A DNA stretch of 64,000 nucleotides from Saccostrea echinata (lineage: Eukaryota). The stretch lies in contig NW_026889754.1 of the NCBI RefSeq assembly GCF_033153115.1, positions 4,278,001 through 4,342,000 on the forward strand, read 5' to 3'. The position numbers and the translations under genes were made by a program. The notes beneath the pieces were generated by a model. That model worked only from the letters and a program-made list of their open reading frames with translations. It was not told the DNA's origin and made no database searches. Below, in pieces: positions 51,832 to 62,366 of this stretch (the stretch's first letter is position 1; each line of letters starts with the position of its first letter).

Positions 51832-52779
51832 ATGGGTCGACCTCTCTCAGCCAAGAGTAAATTAGTGAAAACGTTACGACGTTTACAGCGGGAGCGAGAT
51901 CCTGCCAAGCGAGCCCATTTAATCGAATTAGGGCGTAAAGCCTTATTGAATTGGTTTGCTATGGGAGCTCGAAATTTGATACGTGGGGTCTTACCTATCA
52001 ATAAACAGACTCAAAAGTTTATTAATAATCATCGTCAAGATTTAAGTATCATAGCCGATAAGTCGGCGAGTGATCAAGACAGAAAAAATGCCATTTTAAA
52101 ACGCGGAGGAGCCGGATTTCTAGGCGGAGTCATCATTCGTCATTTATTTAAATGGAATGCACCTAAGAAACGACGTGTTCGTCGTTTAAAAAGTGTGGTA
52201 GTACGAGTCAATAATAAGAAACAAAGAGTATTTCCAGATTGGATGGTGCGAGTAGGAGGAGCAGCTCAAAAGACCAGAAAGAAGAGAAAACCTCCTAAGA
52301 GAAAACCTCAAAAGAGAAAACCTGCTGCTCAAAGAAAAGGTGGTAGAAAGAAAAAAACGACTCCCAAAACTCCAGCTCAACGAAAAGCCATGCCTGAAAG
52401 TTTAAAAAACGAAATCAATCAGTATTATAAAGAACAAAGACAAAAAACTATTGGGGAGTTATTAAAAAAACAAGCTGAAATGAGAATGGATCGTCCTATG
52501 GGACCCATAGGCAGTCAAAGAGCTCCCGATTTAGAAATGTTTCCTCAAGTCAATGTGGGAATTCCCTCTCCTAGAATTAAAGTACCCATTCACACTCCTA
52601 GAATTAAAGTACCCATTCACACTCCTAAAATAGCACGCTTTCAACCTCTGACCGCTTCTACACCTCAACTTCCTAAAGGAATGAGATATAAATGCCGATA
52701 TTGTTCCAAATTCTACGTCACCCAGAAAAATAGAGACAAACACGAGAAGGCCAAACACGACATGTATGCTCCTCCTTGA
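51832..52779 (+). CDS. Highly basic putative virion core protein with C-terminal C2H2 zinc finger
   Basis: K/R-rich centre; YKCRYCSKFY...HEKAKH; N-terminal part resembles the next ORF; TATA at 51778 and Inr at 51809. Confidence 0.7.
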   Translation: MGRPLSAKSKLVKTLRRLQRERDPAKRAHLIELGRKALLNWFAMGARNLIRGVLPINKQTQKFINNHRQDLSIIADKSASDQDRKNAILKRGGAGFLGGVIIRHLFKWNAPKKRRVRRLKSVVVRVNNKKQRVFPDWMVRVGGAAQKTRKKRKPPKRKPQKRKPAAQRKGGRKKKTTPKTPAQRKAMPESLKNEINQYYKEQRQKTIGELLKKQAEMRMDRPMGPIGSQRAPDLEMFPQVNVGIPSPRIKVPIHTPRIKVPIHTPKIARFQPLTASTPQLPKGMRYKCRYCSKFYVTQKNRDKHEKAKHDMYAPP

Positions 52780-52829
52780 GAGTATAAAAAGGGGAGAAAC
52801 CTGGGACATGTCCTCATTTTAACCCCAGG

Positions 52830-53228
52830 ATGGCTAAGAAGAAGAAGAAAAGAGGCTGTTCTACACGATTAAAACCTCATTGGCCTCTTTTAAGAGTGTT
52901 ATCGGACCCTCACTATTCCTCTCCATTAAAGACGGGTATTTTAAAACATTGTTCTGGAGATTGTATTCTCAAAATCTGCGAGATCGTGTACAACCTATTA
53001 AAAGGAGTGTTACCTCCTAGTTCGGCTCATAAACGAAAACTAGCTCCTAAGAAACACATCTTCAGGAGACTGGTCAAACCTCAATCTGTCCAGAAACGAC
53101 GAGCTTTATTACTTCAACAAAAAGGAGGAAACATTTTACCCCTATTAATCTCAGCAGCACCTTTATTGTTGGATGCCGGTCAATCCGTCTATAAAGTCCT
53201 CAAGAAGAAGAAGAAGAAAAAAATATGA
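52830..53228 (+). CDS. Small basic Polinton protein (core-protein-like)
   Basis: ICEIVYNLLKG.LP ... QKGG + hydrophobic helix; TATA at 52783 and Inr at 52814. Confidence 0.75.
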   Translation: MAKKKKKRGCSTRLKPHWPLLRVLSDPHYSSPLKTGILKHCSGDCILKICEIVYNLLKGVLPPSSAHKRKLAPKKHIFRRLVKPQSVQKRRALLLQQKGGNILPLLISAAPLLLDAGQSVYKVLKKKKKKKI

Positions 53229-53980
53229 GTCGTAAAATGGTGTTAGTTCCTGAAGTCTTATTAAATGATCTCAAGGCCAAATTACCCAAACCTCCGGAAT
53301 TTCAATCCACCATCAGTTTAGGTCAGGAATTGGACGAGATTACAAGACGTGAAGATTTAACCCCAGAAGAAAAAGTTGCTTTATATGGCCAGGAACTTCA
53401 TCGATATAGGAATTATTTACAACAAGCTAGACAGGAACCTATTTCTAAACTGAAAATTCCGGCAGCAGCAGCAGCTCCAGCCCCAGCAGCAGCAGCATTA
53501 CCAGCAGCTGAAATTGACGATGAAATTCTTGAAACAGTGAATAAAAACATGAAAAGAAAAGCTGGATTATTATTAAATCATTTAAAGAAAAACCCTAAAG
53601 TATTAACTTGGAATAAAGAAGGTGAAATTAGTTATCGAGGTCAAAAAATTCCCGATTCTAACATTGTGGATTTAATGGCTGATAGTATGAGATCTCAGTC
53701 TCGTAAACATCATCCGGTTACTACAGGATTAGAACAATTTGCTCAAGCTTTAAAAGAAACGCGTACTCCTCTGGAATACGTGAGCAATGGAAACCTTATA
53801 AAAGCCATGCAGAGACCTGGAAAAATCAGTACTCCTAAAAGTCACGAAATAGACGATAGTGGATTTTCTTCCTTTTTTGACACTCCAGTGAGTAGACCCA
53901 TAGAAGATCGAGGAACCGTCATTAAAAAACCCATTTCAACTCCTGTAGGGACAAGGGTAGGATCCAGGTATAGTCCTTAG
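53225..53980 (+). CDS. Polinton hypothetical protein; probably extended to 54099 before a 1-nt deletion
   Basis: KMVLVPE start and LTWNKEGEI...SNIVDL core; the shifted frame continues to WLSLPKI*, overlapping the integrase ATG. Confidence 0.75.
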   Translation: MSRKMVLVPEVLLNDLKAKLPKPPEFQSTISLGQELDEITRREDLTPEEKVALYGQELHRYRNYLQQARQEPISKLKIPAAAAAPAPAAAALPAAEIDDEILETVNKNMKRKAGLLLNHLKKNPKVLTWNKEGEISYRGQKIPDSNIVDLMADSMRSQSRKHHPVTTGLEQFAQALKETRTPLEYVSNGNLIKAMQRPGKISTPKSHEIDDSGFSSFFDTPVSRPIEDRGTVIKKPISTPVGTRVGSRYSP

Positions 53981-54095
53981 CTCGAAAGAAATTAAAAGCC
54001 CAAGTCGAAGAAGACATTAGAGCCTTTAAAGCTAAAAAGGAAGAAGAAAAGAAATTAGGACAAATCGACGAAAATTGGCTTTCATTGCCTAAAAT

Positions 54096-55181
54096 ATGAA
54101 AAAGAAACAAGTAGAAGATATTTTAAAAGAGATTTATTATGATCCTAAAAGAGGGTACGGAGGAATACAAGCTTTGTATCGTCAGGTCAAACCTTTAGGA
54201 ATTTCCCTGAAAAAGATTCGAGAATGGTTAAAAGAGCAAGATACTTATACTTTACATAAACCCATTCAAAGAAAATTCCGGAGACAACAGACTAGAGTGA
54301 CCGATATAGACGAACAATGGCAATTAGATTTAGCAGATGTGTCCAGTTTAAAGAAACATAATGATGGATATACGTTTTTATTATGTGCCATTGACGTCTT
54401 ATCTAAATATGCCTGGGTAGTGCCTTTAAAACAGAAAACAGGAAAAGAAATGATTCGAGGATTACAAGAGATTTTTCAACAAGACGGTCGACGTCCCGTC
54501 CGCATTCAATCCGATCAAGGAAAAGAATTTACCAATCGAGAATTCTTACAAGCTTTTAAATCCATTCATTTTTTTACTACTCGTAATACGGACACTAAAG
54601 CCAGTATCGTGGAACGATTTCAGCGTACACTCAAAGCACGCATGTGGCGTTATTTTACTCGTCATAAAACCAGACGGTATTTAGAAGTTTTACCGGATTT
54701 AGTGTATGCTTACAATCATACCTATCATCGGAGTATCAAAAGAGCCCCAGTTCAAGTGAATGCTTCTAATGTGTTAAAAGTCTGGAAAACTTTATATGGG
54801 ATATCGAATCGAAAACAGTTTCTTAAACCTCAGTTTAAAGAAGGAGATCAGGTCCGCATCAGTAAAGCCAAACGCACATTTGAAAAAGGATATTTACCTA
54901 ACTGGACCACAGAATTGTTTACCATTTCTAAAAGAGTTCCTGGAAGGTATCCTTACGTGTATAGGGTGCAAGATTATAACGGAGAGGAATTAGAAGGGAC
55001 TTTTTACGAAAAAGAATTACAAAAGATCATTAAAAAAGACGACGTGTACGAAGTGGAGGAAATCTTGGGGTATAAAAAGCGACGCGTCGGGAAAAAAATC
55101 ATTCAAGAAGTCAAAGTTCGGTGGAAAGGATATCCCCCTAGTTTTGATTCATGGATTCCCCAAACGGATCTCATCAAATAA
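54096..55181 (+). CDS. int: RVE (DDE) integrase with C-terminal chromodomain
   Basis: WQLDLAD, IDVLSK, QSDQGKEF, VERFQRTLK, KGYLPNWT; chromodomain YEVEEIL..VRWKGY..DSW. Confidence 0.95.
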   Translation: MKKKQVEDILKEIYYDPKRGYGGIQALYRQVKPLGISLKKIREWLKEQDTYTLHKPIQRKFRRQQTRVTDIDEQWQLDLADVSSLKKHNDGYTFLLCAIDVLSKYAWVVPLKQKTGKEMIRGLQEIFQQDGRRPVRIQSDQGKEFTNREFLQAFKSIHFFTTRNTDTKASIVERFQRTLKARMWRYFTRHKTRRYLEVLPDLVYAYNHTYHRSIKRAPVQVNASNVLKVWKTLYGISNRKQFLKPQFKEGDQVRISKAKRTFEKGYLPNWTTELFTISKRVPGRYPYVYRVQDYNGEELEGTFYEKELQKIIKKDDVYEVEEILGYKKRRVGKKIIQEVKVRWKGYPPSFDSWIPQTDLIK

Positions 55182-55411
55182 CGCCTCATTGGAAATTTTG
55201 TGGAGAGAATATTCCTCGAGAAGAAATCGTTTATTTCGCCCAATTATTTATCTGTGTCTCTCTCATCGTTACCAGTGTGGTCATGTTAGCTTTACATGAT
55301 CCTAATCGAGAATATTGGATGGTGTGTGTCAGTTCTTCAGTAGGTTATATCATGCCTAGTCCTACGATGATGCATCATACCCCTAAGAAGACCACCAATA
55401 CACAGGGTTAA
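55151..55411 (+). CDS. Small two-TM membrane protein
   Basis: Hydrophobic helices IVYFAQLFICVSLIVTSVVML and YWMVCVSSSVGYIMPSP; overlaps the integrase end. Confidence 0.65.
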   Translation: MDSPNGSHQITPHWKFCGENIPREEIVYFAQLFICVSLIVTSVVMLALHDPNREYWMVCVSSSVGYIMPSPTMMHHTPKKTTNTQG

Positions 55412-55444
55412 TGTCTTTAAAAAATAGATACACCACAGAGTATT

Positions 55445-56884
55445 GTGACACTCTCCAGGGGTAGAGCTTATTATGATAATTTACTAAAATAGGATGTCAG
55501 GATGTTTTCTTTATTTACTCTTGTCAGGATTTGTTTTAAGTCCAGAATAACCAGACTGACTTTCCAGCTTAAATAAACAGACTTTTCAGTTTACAGGTTT
55601 ATTGTTCATATATAACCATCTCAATGACATAAATACACACCATATGTCAATACAACACACAAAGATTCACTTTGTTATACGTACACTACAACATCAATAC
55701 AACCTTGGCTCTATTTTATAATTCCAAATTATAGAAATAGGGGGATCACTTTATCCGAAGTATATATCCTGGGAATAACCCTTGATATATATATATTTAT
55801 GTGAAATTAAACTGTTATGCCTGAAGAATTATATGAAGTCTCTTAAAATAATCAAGAGATCTCAATAATGATCAACGAAGTCCAGAATTCAGAGAAATAA
55901 TCTCTAAATAATCTTAGATAATAATATTAGTTGACTTTTATGAAAATAAAGTTGTTCCTAGTTCTATTCCTATTAAAATTCAGATGGTAATTAATTAAGG
56001 GATTAACCCATTAATTAAATACGCTAATTCCTAGTCCTTTTTCTATAAAAACTGCGAAATTCGTTAATTTGCACTAATTAGGTGATTAATTAAGGGATTA
56101 ACCCGTTAATTAGATTACCGTTTATCCAAAGGCAGAAGGAATAACCTTCTATTTCTTTACACTTACTTCCGTGATTTTGGTAACGTGTATATGCCAAAAG
56201 TAAAGCTGGAAAAAGTGCCGGAGAAAGTCTACCGGCTGTTTATATAGACTTCTCAATCCACCGGGGTAACACACGCGCAAGGTTGGAAACCACCGGAGAC
56301 ACTATCGGTGCTTCCATATAAAATAATTAATACAACTTTAATTATACATAAAGTAACATAACTGTAAACATTTTACTACAAAGAATCTTCGTCACTCAAA
56401 TAAATGTCACAACCCGGAAGAAATGGCAATATACATTCAAAAAGACCGCCAGATGAAAATAGACAGTGACCTAAGGTCAAATGCATAAATTACAACTCTA
56501 GCGCGCCATACAATCAGTTCCGGTAAAATGGCAGTTCACATGTGACGAAGGTAAATAGAACATGAAAACTTTGTTATTTACATGACATATCAGTAACGTT
56601 TAACAATATCCCTGTAACACTGTGATAAAAGAAGTTTATGCAATGTAAATATGTTATAAACAACAATGCATCAAGTCATGAACATTCATATATACCACGT
56701 TATTTACAAACATCGAGCACATGTTAATTTAGGGGTCGTATAACAACACAAAATATTACTAAATCAGCTGATCACAGAAAACGATCAACCGTTTGCATAA
56801 ATGATTACTACAAGTATTATTATTTATATCAACATGACAATGCCATAACATAATGTATGCCTATCAGAGACACATGGCTCCACA
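55445..56884 (-). repeat. LTR sequence: one long 3' LTR, or two abutting LTRs (55445-56410 and 56411-56884)
   Basis: tgtgaca at 55445, tgtcaca ending at 56411; minus-strand PPT aaaaaggggagtaaaa directly followed by TGTGG at 56884. Confidence 0.6.
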
Positions 56885-57294
56885 TTTTACTCCCCTTTTT
56901 AAGTTTCAATGTCCTCATGAAACTATACATATTAACACAAAATATTTATGCAACATTATAAACATTAATAACATATCAACATCAAACAACATATTTTTCT
57001 TAAATTGGGACAATATGCTAATTCAAATAACAGTAAGGTTCAATGAATTAAAGTGTTGTAAACCTTTAAATAAGCACTAGGTCTTGCCAAGTAAAAATAT
57101 TTGTAATTTACAAATACAACACCATCCAACTCACTCAAAATTCTTCATGTATAGGTGTAATGTACAATAATTTCAACCATCTTAGTAACAAAAAAAATGA
57201 TTCTTGAAATATATGAAGACAAGAGTGTACACTTAAAATAAGACTATAATCATTACTAACTCATTTTTACACTCTTATATACACCTTATGATAT

Positions 57295-58182
57295 TTAATT
57301 TTTCTTTACTACAAAGGACTTAACTCTTGGGTTCCTTGGCGATGCTCTGCTAGATCTTTCAAACCACCTTCTTCTGTACCCTGACACTGCTATTCTTCTA
57401 TCCCTTTCTCTCCTCTCCATGCTTCTGAAACATCCAACAAGTTCATCCGATATCATGGTGTTTTTCCTTATGCCAGTATTAAGTGAGGTGAGGAGCTGAT
57501 TCTGTTGTGATAGTAATTTCTGTAGGTCTGTCATGGCTGTGAGAATGTTTTGTAGAATAGGAGTATCAGAGGTTTCCTTGTGGATAACGCTTTCCTCAGG
57601 TTCAGGGACATCAAATTCCGTGGAATCTTCTGCTAAAATATCCTTTAACAGGTCATATTCTTCCTGATCATTAAGTAAGGGTAAGTCATCTGTCCAACAT
57701 GGTGTCTCTTTAGCAGGTTCTGGCTTAGTTTGGTTGTTCTTGCATGTTTCCGCAGGTTCTCCATTAGTAATAGTAGCAGGTTTATCCTTGTTTATAATGT
57801 TGGATGGAATGGATGTCACCTGGACCCTTTGACTCCACACCTTCTTGCTTTCTGTTTCTGACAACCTTTGCATCAGGGTTCCATCTATTGGGCGGGGGTT
57901 AGGGTTCTTAACCAACATCTCCTCAGGTGCTGGAGTGGCTTTTCCATTCTTTGTCAATTCTAGGATAGCAGTTTTATGGGGTTTGTACCCCTTCAGGTGT
58001 CTGGTCAGGTCCCTCTCTGTCCTAGACATGTATTGGCACAAAGTGCAATAAAATGGCACTTCCTCTGGTTTAAGATGCGTTTTATAAATGTGCGCCTCCA
58101 CGTATCTCTTCTCCCCTCTGTATGTTAAGCACTTTAGACATTCATATGCAAATCCCCTTTTGTCTATTTTCTCCATCTCCAT
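57295..58182 (-). CDS. Gypsy accessory ORF3 with two C2H2 zinc fingers and a coiled coil, 295 aa
   Basis: YECLKC...HIYKTH and FYCTLCQY...HLKGYKPH; lies between pol and PPT; acceptor-like tttcttgttag 9 nt before the ATG. Confidence 0.75.
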   Translation of the reverse strand: MEMEKIDKRGFAYECLKCLTYRGEKRYVEAHIYKTHLKPEEVPFYCTLCQYMSRTERDLTRHLKGYKPHKTAILELTKNGKATPAPEEMLVKNPNPRPIDGTLMQRLSETESKKVWSQRVQVTSIPSNIINKDKPATITNGEPAETCKNNQTKPEPAKETPCWTDDLPLLNDQEEYDLLKDILAEDSTEFDVPEPEESVIHKETSDTPILQNILTAMTDLQKLLSQQNQLLTSLNTGIRKNTMISDELVGCFRSMERRERDRRIAVSGYRRRWFERSSRASPRNPRVKSFVVKKN

Positions 58183-58459
58183 AGTTGTAAGCTAACAAGA
58201 AAGATGAAGCTCATGAATATAATGAACATTCATGTACTATTCAAATATACTATATAAACTTTCCTAACATATTTATTTTAAGTTTTAAAAGGGCATCCCA
58301 GGATATTAACAGATCATACACCAGGTAATAAAGGGAAGCAATCAGCCAAGGTTATATTTTACAAAACATGGCATACATTCAGATACACGATAGTAGAAGA
58401 CAATCTACTTAATACGTCGTATAGTAAACAAATGTTTAAGTGGGTAATCTTGTAGTATG

Positions 58460-58488
<29 letters not shown>

Positions 58489-58490
<2 letters not shown>

Positions 58491-61400
58491 ATATATCTTC
58501 CTTCCATGGCGGGTGATTATCTCCCTCATATTTCTTCAGTTTGTCTACATTCAGACATTTCTGGTTTCCCTTTTGATCCATCTGTATCCTGTATAACAAA
58601 TCGTTGATCTTTTCTTTAACTACAACTGGACCCAAGTATAAGGGTTGGAGCTTCTTGCTTTCTCCTGGTTTTCTAGTTTCATTCAGAATCATGACAGAAT
58701 CCCCAGGTTTGAAATGTTGGTCCTTACTCTGTTGATTATATTGGTCCTTTTGCCTGTTGTGAGCTTTATCTAGATGTTTTCTTGCAAGTTGGTGTGCTTT
58801 TGTAAGTTTGGCTCTCAACTTTTCAGCGTATTCCCCTACATTCAACAGCTCTTGTACATCGTTTGTTCTGCCATATATTAAATCGACTGGTAATCTTACT
58901 TCCCTCCCTAACATGATCAAATTCGGTGTCATCTTTGTGCTCTCTTGTGTGCTAGCTCTGTAGGCTGCAGTCAGGTATTGCAGATTGAGGTCCCATTCTG
59001 TACCATCCCCTCTAATAAAGGATTTAATCATTTGGATCAATGTTTTGTTAAATCTTTCTACAAGTCCGTTGCATTTAGGGTTCCTAGGACTGGTTCGTGT
59101 CTTTTGTATTTCTAATAACTTGCAGACTTCCTGGAATAATTCTGCTTCAAAACATCTCCCCTGGTCTGTGTGAATAGATAAAGGACATCCAAATTTTGTG
59201 ATAAACTCTCTGCATATTACATCTGCACAGGTCAAGGCTGTTTGATCTGGGACTGGATAAGCCTCAGCCCATTTACTGAAATGGTCAGTTAGGACAAGAA
59301 TATACTGATTTCCTCTAGGAGTTTCTGGTAATGGTCCTACTAAGTCAATAGATATTCTGTCGAGCGGTGCTCCAACACGCATATCTCCTAAAACAGCTCG
59401 AGGTTTTCGGTAAACAAACTTCATTCGGGAGCATACATCACACTTACAGATCCATAGGTTTACATCCTCCCTCATTTCAAACCAGTAAAACCTCTGTTGT
59501 AGTTTCCTTTTTGTTTTCTTTTGGTCTAAATGTCCTCCAAGTAGACTATTATGTGTCAACCGTAAAACTTCAGATTTCATGCTGTCGGGAACCATGAACT
59601 GAGCATGTTTTGAGAGTCCATCTTTAGTATGGTACTCTTTGTACAAAATTCCATCTCGTATGAACAGGGATGACCATAAATGCCAGTAATGACGTAGCGC
59701 TGGACTTTCAGTTACAATGGTTTTATAATCGGGACGTTGATTCTTCTTTACCCATCTCGCAACCTCTTTCAAAGTATTATCCTCATTTTGAAGTTGAGCT
59801 AATTCTTGTGTTCCATATAGTCCAAAACTGGTAAGTGGTTGACATAGAGCTGTTGATCTGGTGTTTATTCTGTTGACCTTTTGTGGTATGTCAGACTTAT
59901 CTCCTAGACTAGATTTGATTTCCTGTTCCATCGACACACTTAGATTTGGTCCTATCATTGTTTGGGACTTTCTTTTACATTTTTCACAGGGTCCACACTT
60001 CAGTGATTCAAGCATATCTGCATTACAACAGTTACATTCTCTTGGATTACAGATGCGAGACATAGCATCAGCATTTTGATGCTTGGTTCCTGGTCGGTAT
60101 TCAACAACAAAATCAAATTGTGACAAAATCTCGATCCATCTGGCTACCCTTCCTTTTGGTTCACGTAGTTTAAACAGCCATACTAACGCTTGATGATCTG
60201 TCCTGATTTTAAATTTTCTGCCCAATAAATACTGACGGTAATATTCTACAAAATAGCGGATTGCTAGAAGTTCCTTGTCTGTCACACAGTAGTTTGATTC
60301 AGCTTTGTTCAGTGTTCTGCTTCCATAAGCTATTACTCTCTCCCTTCCTTCTTGTTCTTGGCTTAAGACTGCTCCAATTGCACATTCGCTGGCATCAGTA
60401 TCCAGGATGTATGTTCCTTGATCCGTGGGATAGGCCATTACTTCAGAACTAACAAGTGCTTCCTTTAAGGATTGAAAGGCTGTCTGACATTTACCGTCCC
60501 AAATAAACTGAACATTTTTCTTGGTCAGATTTACCAATGGTCTTACAATATTTGAGAAACCTTGAATGAACCGTCTATAGTAACTTCCCATGCCTAAGAA
60601 CTGTCGGACCTCTGTAACATTTTTAGGTACTGGGCATGTAAGTATTTTACTGATGTTGTCTGGATTTGGTCGTACTCCCTTTTCATTGATTACATGACCA
60701 AGAAAACAAACTTCTTCCTGTAGCAATTCACATTTTTCTGGTTTTAGTTTCAGACCTGCTGCTCTTATCCTGTCAAGTACATCTTCTACTCTTTTCATCT
60801 GTTCCTCGAAATTTCTCCCAAATACTATAATATCATCAATGTATATCAGGCAGGTCAACCACTGCAGTCCACTTAGAGCTATCTCCATGACTCTTTGGAA
60901 TGTTGCTGCTGAGTTGCAAAGGCCAAATGGCATGGACGTAAATTCATATAAGCCATACTTTGTCACGAATGCAGTCTTGGGTATATCTTCCTCCCTAACT
61001 GGTATCTGAAAGTATCCTAAGTTAAGTCAAATGTAGAGAAAAGCTTTGCTCCACTTACAGCGTCCAAACAATCTTGTATCCGTGGGAGCGGAAATGCATC
61101 AATTTTTGTTACTTCATTTACTTTTCGATAATCTATGCATGGCCTTATTTTGCCGTTCTTCTTCCGAACAAGAACAATAGGTGATGACCAAGGTGAATTC
61201 GATTCTCTTATCACCCCTTGTTTCTTCATTTGTTCGACTGCTTTCTTCTCTTCATCTGACAAGGCAATAGGAACACGGCGTGGATGTTGCTTAATTGGTT
61301 TGGCATCTCCTGTATCTATATTGTGTTCATACAGCTTGGTATTTCCTATATCATTTTCATTCATGGAAAATACTGCCTGGAATTTGATAAGGACATCTTT

Positions 61401-62366
61401 AATCACTTTTTGTTCTTCTGGAGTTCTGCCTATGATAGATTTATCATACAGTGTCTGAAGGTGGGGTGGTACAGTCCTATTCTCTAGAGAGTGGGAAGAT
61501 TCGATGTCCTGTTGGACTGGTTCTGTTTGTTGTACTTTCCTAGAAATGGCCTCTACATTATTCAGATCTGTTGTCAGCACTTCAGCTTCTTCTAAATGGC
61601 CTATGACTTCACATTTCTTTATCTTAGCAGGTGTAGAAAATGGGTTGAGCACTCTTACTGCTACTCCTTGGCCTTCTGGACTTTGACATACACTCACTAC
61701 TTCATGGGCTACTGCAACTCCACAGCGTGTTACAAATAAATCAGATGGTTCTAGTACGTAATCTACATTCTGGTCAAAATCTGTCTCCTTGACATCAGGT
61801 TCTACTCTTATTATAGCCTCACTCTCACTCGGAATATGGTAATCTTCACAAGCCTTTACTTTTAAAATTTTATCAGGCATTCCTACCCGGAACCCTGGAA
61901 TCCTTCGACCCTGCCAGTCTATCACTCCTTGTGATAGTAGTATATCTACTGGTCCGCCTGGGCCATTTTGCAATATATCCATTCCCAACAAACCCTCGTC
62001 AGAAATGTCCGCTACAACTACCTCCTGTTGTAGTTTCTCATCACCAAGTTCGACTGAAAATACCGCTTTACCATATTCTTGTATTTTTGAGTCATCTGCA
62101 CTCTTCAGTGGTGTGGCTGATACTAATTTTGGTCTTGTATTTTCTGGGATCTTCCCATATGTTTCATCTGATATTAAAGTTCTGGATGCTCCAGTGTCAG
62201 TAGTAAACATAACATCAACATTTTCAATTTTTCCTGGTACATAGAACCCATCATACAATGTTCTCTCTCTCCTATTGGTTACATCTAGTTGATTGTCCAG
62301 TAGAACATTTTCTTCGGTTTTCTGGGTCTCCTCTAGGCCTGCAGAGTCAACCCTCTGCCATTTAAA
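58489..62366 (-). CDS. pol: Gypsy pol (protease, RT, RNase H, integrase) with a 1-nt frameshift near 61018
   Basis: DTGA, CIDYRKVN, MPFGL, YIDD, DTDAS, TDHQAL, H..H..CDVC, IDLVGP, TDQG and VERFN. Confidence 0.93.

Larger units (their letters stand above)
45300..55444 (+). mobile_element. Polinton/Maverick endogenous dsDNA virus, left portion (left boundary approximate)
   Basis: Compact intronless cluster pPolB-IAP-ATPase-basic proteins-integrase with subterminal tandem repeats; capsid and protease genes are not in the window. Confidence 0.93.

Noticed and set aside
57295-58182. env gene
   Set aside because: No signal peptide, furin-site/fusion-peptide arrangement or TM anchor; zinc fingers instead.
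58985-62244. Short + strand ORFs over pol (and similar antisense ORFs over RepHel and PolB)
   Set aside because: Shadow frames of real genes with no motifs.
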